Shown: in pieces, positions 58,959 to 64,000 of the stretch
Layout: each line of letters starts with the position of its first letter
Position numbering within the stretch: the first letter of the stretch is position 1
Source: Candidatus Gottesmanbacteria bacterium
Lineage (GTDB): Bacteria > Patescibacteriota > Microgenomatia > JAMCYU01
Assembly: GCA_043801155.1 (NCBI GenBank)
Contig: JAZDMI010000021.1
Location: 66,683-130,682 of the forward strand
Direction: 5' to 3'
DNA: 64,000 nucleotides
Notes under the pieces: model-generated
What the model saw: only the letters and a program-made list of their open reading frames with translations
Database searches by the model: none
What the model was told of the DNA's origin: nothing
Translations under genes and position numbers: made by a program

Positions 58959-60317
58959 TTAATTGGGTAAATTCTCTCCCATATTTTTAATTCTTCCCAA
59001 TAAATATTCTCGTTCATTTGGTTTACTCTTTTCAACCACTTCATTAAAAAGCTCATTTAGAACTTGGCCAACTTTTGGTCCCGGACCGATATTAAGAATT
59101 TTCATTACATCATTGCCGTCAACTTTCAAATCAGCAACCGTAAACGGTTGTTTCTGGACTTCGATTAATCTTTTTTTAAATTCTTCCAGTCTCCAGGAAG
59201 TTTCCCTGGCCCCGCCGCCCAATCGATCACCAACCCGAAGGTCAAGCATATCTTTAAGATTATCTTGACCGACACGTTTAATAAATCTTCTAATCGCCGA
59301 ATCAGTTTGTCTTTCGTCAATAGTAAATTGGTGCCAGCGGACAAGGGTAACTAATTTATCCTTATCTTTTTTGGAGAAATGTAGCCTGTCAGCAATATTT
59401 TTAACAATAGAAGTACTTATTAATTCATGATTATAAAAAGTTATTATTCCTTTTTCGTCCTTTTTAAAAACTACTGGTTTGCCAATATCATGAAGAAGAG
59501 TTGCCAATCTGGTTAGGGGATCGTTTGATGGACAAAATTTAAGCGCTAAAAATGAATGTGTCCCGACATCATAAATATGGTGTCTGCCGGGAGACGCCTG
59601 GTTGACTCCAAAGCCTTTTTCCAGCTCGGGAAAAATTTCTCTTAAGAGACCAGAATTTCGTAAAAGCATAAATCCATCAAAAGGATTTTTACTTGATAGT
59701 ATCTTAAAAAGTTCATCACGGATTCTTTCACCGGAAATTCGTTTAATTAAAGTCGCGTTGTCAATAATTGCCTGAAAGGTTTTTACTTCGATTAAAAATT
59801 CAAGTTCGGTGGCAATTCGGATAGCCCGAAGCAGTCTTAAGGCATCTTCGGAAAATCTTTTTTCCGGGTCACCAACAGATCGGATAATTTTATTTTTAAT
59901 ATCATTTTGTCCATTAAAGGGATCAATAAAAACAGGTGCATCTTTCGGTAAGCTTAAGCAGATACTATTAATGGTGAAGTCTCTTCTGGCTAAATCTTCT
60001 TCCAGGCTTTTACCCCAGGTAATTTGATCAGGATGACGGCGGTCTGAATAATTGCGCTCAGTTCGAAACGTAGTAATTTCATATATCTCGTTATTTTCTT
60101 GAGGAATTTTTACTGTACCATAAGTATTATCATAAAAAGCATCCGGAAAGAGAGTCAGTATTTGTTCCGGGAGAGAATTAGTTGTAAAATCCCAATTTTT
60201 CGTTGGTTTACCCATTAGTAAATCACGAACAGACCCACCAACAGCATAAATTTCAAAATTATTTTTTTGAAAAGTCTTAAAAATATTTAAAACCTGGGGT
60301 GGTAATTTATAAGCCAT
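58959..60317 (-). CDS. cca: CCA-adding tRNA nucleotidyltransferase with HD domain
   Basis: YAVGGSVRDLLMG...DFT, RRDFTIN, HD region LHDIGK. Confidence 0.85.
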   Translation of the reverse strand: MAYKLPPQVLNIFKTFQKNNFEIYAVGGSVRDLLMGKPTKNWDFTTNSLPEQILTLFPDAFYDNTYGTVKIPQENNEIYEITTFRTERNYSDRRHPDQITWGKSLEEDLARRDFTINSICLSLPKDAPVFIDPFNGQNDIKNKIIRSVGDPEKRFSEDALRLLRAIRIATELEFLIEVKTFQAIIDNATLIKRISGERIRDELFKILSSKNPFDGFMLLRNSGLLREIFPELEKGFGVNQASPGRHHIYDVGTHSFLALKFCPSNDPLTRLATLLHDIGKPVVFKKDEKGIITFYNHELISTSIVKNIADRLHFSKKDKDKLVTLVRWHQFTIDERQTDSAIRRFIKRVGQDNLKDMLDLRVGDRLGGGARETSWRLEEFKKRLIEVQKQPFTVADLKVDGNDVMKILNIGPGPKVGQVLNELFNEVVEKSKPNEREYLLGRIKNMGENLPN

Positions 60318-60390
60318 AATGCTATTATATCATCATTCGATAAAATGAATTGCTGAGGTGGGTACGAAAATTTATGGTGTAATATATCAT

Positions 60391-62070
60391 ATGAAAAAAT
60401 GGCAAATTGTTAATAACTTAAAGACTAAAGATAATAAACAAAGGATAGATGAAATAATTAAACTTCTCTTAGAAAATCGGGGACTTAAAACAAATAAACA
60501 AATTGATGAATTTTTAAATCCTCCTAATCCCATTAGCCAGACCCTAAATCCCAGTACCCTTGGTATTAATGCGCATCAGCTTAAAAAAGCTATCCAGCGT
60601 ATAGAAAAAGCGATCGATAATAAAGAGTCAATAGTGGTTTATGGCGATTATGATGCTGATGGAATATGTGGAACAGCTCTTTTATGGGAATCTCTTAATA
60701 AGTTGGGAGCAAAAGTTATGCCCTATATTCCCCATCGGGTAGATGAAGGTTATGGATTATCACAAAAAGGCATCGATACAGTAAAAAGTGAATATAATGC
60801 CGATTTAATTATTACGGTTGACCATGGAATCGGGGCCGTTGAAAAAATTAATTATGCTAAAAAACAAGAAATAGAAGTAATCATCACTGATCATCATGTT
60901 GTCCCTGATAAATTGCCAGACGCTTTAGCGATAATCCATACGACTCAACTTTGTGGAGCCGGCGTTGCCTGGATGTTAGTGAAAGAAATTATCCAAACAA
61001 CCAAAAACTCCGAACTTATAACGCAAAACTCCCTTGACCTGGTGGCGATAGCCACGATTGCCGACATGGTGCCATTAACCGAAGCCAATCGTACATTAGT
61101 TATATACGGATTAAAAGAATTAAACCACACTAAAAGAATTGGACTTCAGGCTTTAATGAGAGAGGCGGGAATTGAACGGGGAGGAATTGGTACGTATGAA
61201 ATCAGTCATTTATTGGCACCAAGGTTAAATGCTATGGGTAGATTAGAACATGCAATGGATAGTCTTAGACTCTTATGCACTAATGATGAAAAACGTAGCT
61301 TTGAATTAGCTAAACTTTTGGATAAAACTAACCGGGCCCGCCAGGACCTGGTTGAACAAACCTTAATTCATGCTAAAAATTATTATCATGAGACTGAAAA
61401 CAAAGCGAATAAATTAATTTTTCTTCATCACGAATCTTATCAGCAGGGAGTAATTGGATTAGTGGCCGGAAAATTAGTCGAGGAATTTTACCGTCCGGCG
61501 ATTGTTGTTTCTTGGGGAGAAACTTACTCGAAGGCTTCAGCCCGTTCAATTAATGGGTTTAATATTATTGAAACCATTAGGAAAGCACAAGATTTATTAG
61601 TCGACTGCGGTGGTCATCCGATGGCGGCTGGTTTTACCGTTGAAACTAAAAATCTTATATCTTTACAAAAAAAATTAGTGGACATTGCTAATCAAGAGCT
61701 TGATGACGAAAAATTAACCAGGGTTTTAAAAATAGATTGTGAACTAAAATTAGACGATTTGACCTTTAATCTTTATGAGGAGCTTAGTAAATTTAAGCCT
61801 TTTGGATTAGGAAATCCGGAACCGGTTTTTACGAGTAAAGGGGTTATTGTTGAAGACGTCAGAATAATTGGATCTGGTGGTAAACATCTGAGGATGACAA
61901 TATCTGATGATTCATCAACCATTTTTCCGGCGATTGCATTTTGCTTTGGCGGACTTTGTGCAAAACTAAAACCAGACCATCCGATTGATATTGCTTATAC
62001 TTTATCAGTTAACGAATGGAAGGGTAATAAAAAATTAGAACTTAAGATTAAAGATATAAGACTAGTCTAA
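60391..62070 (+). CDS. recJ: single-stranded-DNA-specific exonuclease RecJ
   Basis: DHH motifs (VYGDYDADG, ITVDHG, DHH), DHHA1 domain, C-terminal OB fold. Confidence 0.88.
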   Translation: MKKWQIVNNLKTKDNKQRIDEIIKLLLENRGLKTNKQIDEFLNPPNPISQTLNPSTLGINAHQLKKAIQRIEKAIDNKESIVVYGDYDADGICGTALLWESLNKLGAKVMPYIPHRVDEGYGLSQKGIDTVKSEYNADLIITVDHGIGAVEKINYAKKQEIEVIITDHHVVPDKLPDALAIIHTTQLCGAGVAWMLVKEIIQTTKNSELITQNSLDLVAIATIADMVPLTEANRTLVIYGLKELNHTKRIGLQALMREAGIERGGIGTYEISHLLAPRLNAMGRLEHAMDSLRLLCTNDEKRSFELAKLLDKTNRARQDLVEQTLIHAKNYYHETENKANKLIFLHHESYQQGVIGLVAGKLVEEFYRPAIVVSWGETYSKASARSINGFNIIETIRKAQDLLVDCGGHPMAAGFTVETKNLISLQKKLVDIANQELDDEKLTRVLKIDCELKLDDLTFNLYEELSKFKPFGLGNPEPVFTSKGVIVEDVRIIGSGGKHLRMTISDDSSTIFPAIAFCFGGLCAKLKPDHPIDIAYTLSVNEWKGNKKLELKIKDIRLV

Positions 62071-62126
62071 TAGAAAATCTTTTTCCTAACTTCGTTCGGA
62101 ATAAAACCTGTTGATGCTGAATAAAA

Positions 62127-62699
62127 TTAGTGGATTAGCCTTCTGATCGGTTTTTTAAATTCCCATACTAAATGAATTAATCCACATGTGGGTACTTCTT
62201 GAGCTATTCGTTCTCTTGCTTTCTCAATCAAAAAAGAATTCCTTGTATCTTCAATATATCGATATTTATTTACACGAAGGACAGCCATCGTGATGGTTAA
62301 AGCTCTATCGGTAAAAATACTCATCGGATCTGCTGGGTGCCCTAATTTTTCAGCAAGCTGTCTATCTTTTTCAGAGAGCCTGGGAATCTCCAATATACAG
62401 TTTCCTTTGTTGCTTTTTAGGTAAGCACGAACAAAACCTCGGATTTGTCTGCCAGATGTGGTAGCGGTTTCTAAATATGCATGTGCGTGTTGTCTCCCAA
62501 ATTGGGCAAATGCGATGACAATTGGTGCTGTTTCTTGTTGCGGTACACCAATACCGATAGCACTGTTACGAGGAATTTTATAACTGGGTGGCCATGGTAT
62601 AGCCATACGTTCTCGATCGCCAACAACTTTCAGGAGAACGAATTGACCTCTATATTTCTCTATTTCTTGATCAAAAATTATTTGTTGTTCCTTATTCAT
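62127..62699 (-). CDS. hypothetical protein (190 aa)
   Basis: Good-length ORF downstream of a 67-aa ORF on the same strand. No family recognised. Confidence 0.45.
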   Translation of the reverse strand: MNKEQQIIFDQEIEKYRGQFVLLKVVGDRERMAIPWPPSYKIPRNSAIGIGVPQQETAPIVIAFAQFGRQHAHAYLETATTSGRQIRGFVRAYLKSNKGNCILEIPRLSEKDRQLAEKLGHPADPMSIFTDRALTITMAVLRVNKYRYIEDTRNSFLIEKARERIAQEVPTCGLIHLVWEFKKPIRRLIH

Positions 62700-62704
62700 A
62701 TTTG

Positions 62705-62908
62705 TTATTTATTTTTTTGTCCAAGCATGAAATCTTCTCTTAATGCATGAAATCCATAATTATCAGGGTAAGGAGATATTTTTTCCACCAGAGGTGGTTG
62801 TACTGCTTCAGCCCTTTGTCCTGATAACTCCATATCTGTTTCACTTTCTTCTTTCATTAATTTAGCAACATCGGCATCATTAAAATTTGTTTCCTGCTCT
62901 TTTAGCAT
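62705..62908 (-). CDS. hypothetical small acidic protein (67 aa)
   Basis: 5 nt upstream of the 190-aa gene. Weak. Confidence 0.3.
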   Translation of the reverse strand: MLKEQETNFNDADVAKLMKEESETDMELSGQRAEAVQPPLVEKISPYPDNYGFHALREDFMLGQKNK

Positions 62909-63139
62909 AAATTTTCACCACCTTTCCCATAAAAAAACCTCCAGTTTTATCTAGGAGGTTGGTTGGTAATTTTATTAAATTTATTGCCTAATTCTTTACC
63001 AACCTCCACTAAAATCCTTATTAAGGACTCTAGATCGGAGGCTGATAATAATAGAATTAGTTGTTATCATGGGCTAAATTATTTATAACATAGTTAAATA
63101 CTACTTGTCAAGGTAAATAAACAAATGTAAAATGAGGCT

Positions 63140-64000
63140 ATGGATAGAATATTAATTTCGGAAACACCAAACCTTATTGATCAAAAAGTAAAATTGTTAG
63201 GATGGGTAAACAGCAAGCGTAATCATGGCAAGATAATTTTTATTGACCTAAGAGACAGAAGCGGTTTAGTCCAAATTGTTGGTGGTCAAGATTTAAACGC
63301 ACTGCGGTTGGAAGATGTCGTTGAAATTAATGGATTGGTTAAAAAACGGCCGCAAACAATGGTAAATCCCAAAATTTTAACCGGGCAAATTGAAATCGAA
63401 TGCCAGGAAATCAAAGTTGTATCTAAAGCCCAAGAGCTACCTTTTGATATGGGTCAGGAAGAATTAAAAGTCAGTTTGCCAACACTACTTGATTACCGTT
63501 CATTAACCCTAAGACACCCAAGGGTAAAAAAAATTTTTCAAGTTCAGGCAGCCATTATCGAAGGATTTCGTCAATCAGCTCAAAAATTGGACTGTGTCGA
63601 AGTAGTCGTCCCGACGATTGCCGCTTCTTCAACCGAGGGAGGGGCCGATGTCTTTTCGATTGATTATTTTGGTAAAAAGGCGTTTCTAACCCAAAGCCCG
63701 CAGCTTTATAAACAAATTTTAATAACCGTCTTTGAGCGAGTTTTCGTTATTACTAAAGCCTATCGGGCTGAGCCATCAGTTACTACCAGACACCTGACAG
63801 AAGCAACACAAATGGATTGTGAGTTTTGTTTTGTTGAATTTGCAGATCTTCTTAATTTATTAGAACAAGTTGGCACAGAAACTTTAAGATATGTTCAGGA
63901 TAAATGTAAAAAAATTCTAGAAGAATTCGGGGTAGAGCCGTTATCTTTTGGAAAAATTCCCAGATTAACATTAAGGGAAGCGCAAGAAGTAATTTTTAAA
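63140..64000 (+). CDS. aspS: aspartyl-tRNA synthetase, archaeal/eukaryotic-type (3' partial)
   Basis: N-terminal OB anticodon-binding domain, class II motifs ...FSIDYFGKKAFLTQSPQLYKQ... Promoter TTGTCA/TGTAAAAT upstream. Confidence 0.85.
   Translation, partial: MDRILISETPNLIDQKVKLLGWVNSKRNHGKIIFIDLRDRSGLVQIVGGQDLNALRLEDVVEINGLVKKRPQTMVNPKILTGQIEIECQEIKVVSKAQELPFDMGQEELKVSLPTLLDYRSLTLRHPRVKKIFQVQAAIIEGFRQSAQKLDCVEVVVPTIAASSTEGGADVFSIDYFGKKAFLTQSPQLYKQILITVFERVFVITKAYRAEPSVTTRHLTEATQMDCEFCFVEFADLLNLLEQVGTETLRYVQDKCKKILEEFGVEPLSFGKIPRLTLREAQEVIFK

Noticed and set aside
1-64000. Search for CRISPR arrays, integrases, transposases and prophage genes
   Set aside because: No direct-repeat/spacer periodicity and no recombinase or transposase-like ORFs were found. 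The only tRNA (13257-13327) has no adjacent integrase.

Overview
This low-GC window looks like a streamlined, Patescibacteria/CPR-like genome. Coding density is very high and many genes overlap by ATGA. Standard code 11 applies: TGA, TAA and TAG are all used as stops.

The first ~9.8 kb is the ribosomal spc/alpha cluster. It runs L6', L18, S5, L15, SecY, three tandem P-loop kinases (adk, unknown kinase, adk), map, infA, L36, S13, S11, S4, rpoA, L17, L13, S9. There is no L30 gene between S5 and L15.

The remaining housekeeping content is:
- recA-recX, RNase Y and HU.
- A miaB-membrane protein-miaA tRNA-modification operon.
- An AI-2E transporter.
- An RNase P RNA with its own promoter.
- A nine-gene same-strand envelope module: OmpR-type response regulator, histidine kinase, MacA/B-like tripartite exporter, secreted alpha/beta hydrolase, DUF5666-like small protein, ABC-2 exporter.
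- A membrane RnfD/NqrB-like + FNR-like fusion oxidoreductase.
- A lexA - small ORF - Y-family polymerase SOS cassette, with a palindromic operator inside the lexA promoter.
- Membrane and methyltransferase genes.
- An orphan receiver domain next to a 7TM-GAF histidine kinase.
- comM, an EamA transporter and several micro-proteins.
- DUF4446, DUF3048 (YerB-like) and DUF362 proteins, secDF and a ChbG-type deacetylase.
- An SplB-like radical-SAM gene interrupted by an in-frame amber codon.
- DUF4349, the CCA enzyme, recJ and the start of an archaeal-type aspS.

No CRISPR array, integrase or transposase was seen.

The most unusual signals are:
- A translationally coupled upstream ORF in front of miaB that re-encodes the MiaB N-terminal motif IKTFGCQMN with synonymous codon changes. 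A similar MAIKK mimic sits before rpsK.
- Related heptanucleotide tandem repeats (AATTCNN / AAAAATC, about 4 copies) embedded in the coding sequence of map, miaB and miaA.
- A compact nucleotidyltransferase - unknown - HD hydrolase gene triplet.
- A roughly 180-nt multi-hairpin element with mutually exclusive pairings, downstream of a small membrane-protein gene.
- A wHTH-NTase-like gene coupled to an AbrB-fold gene.
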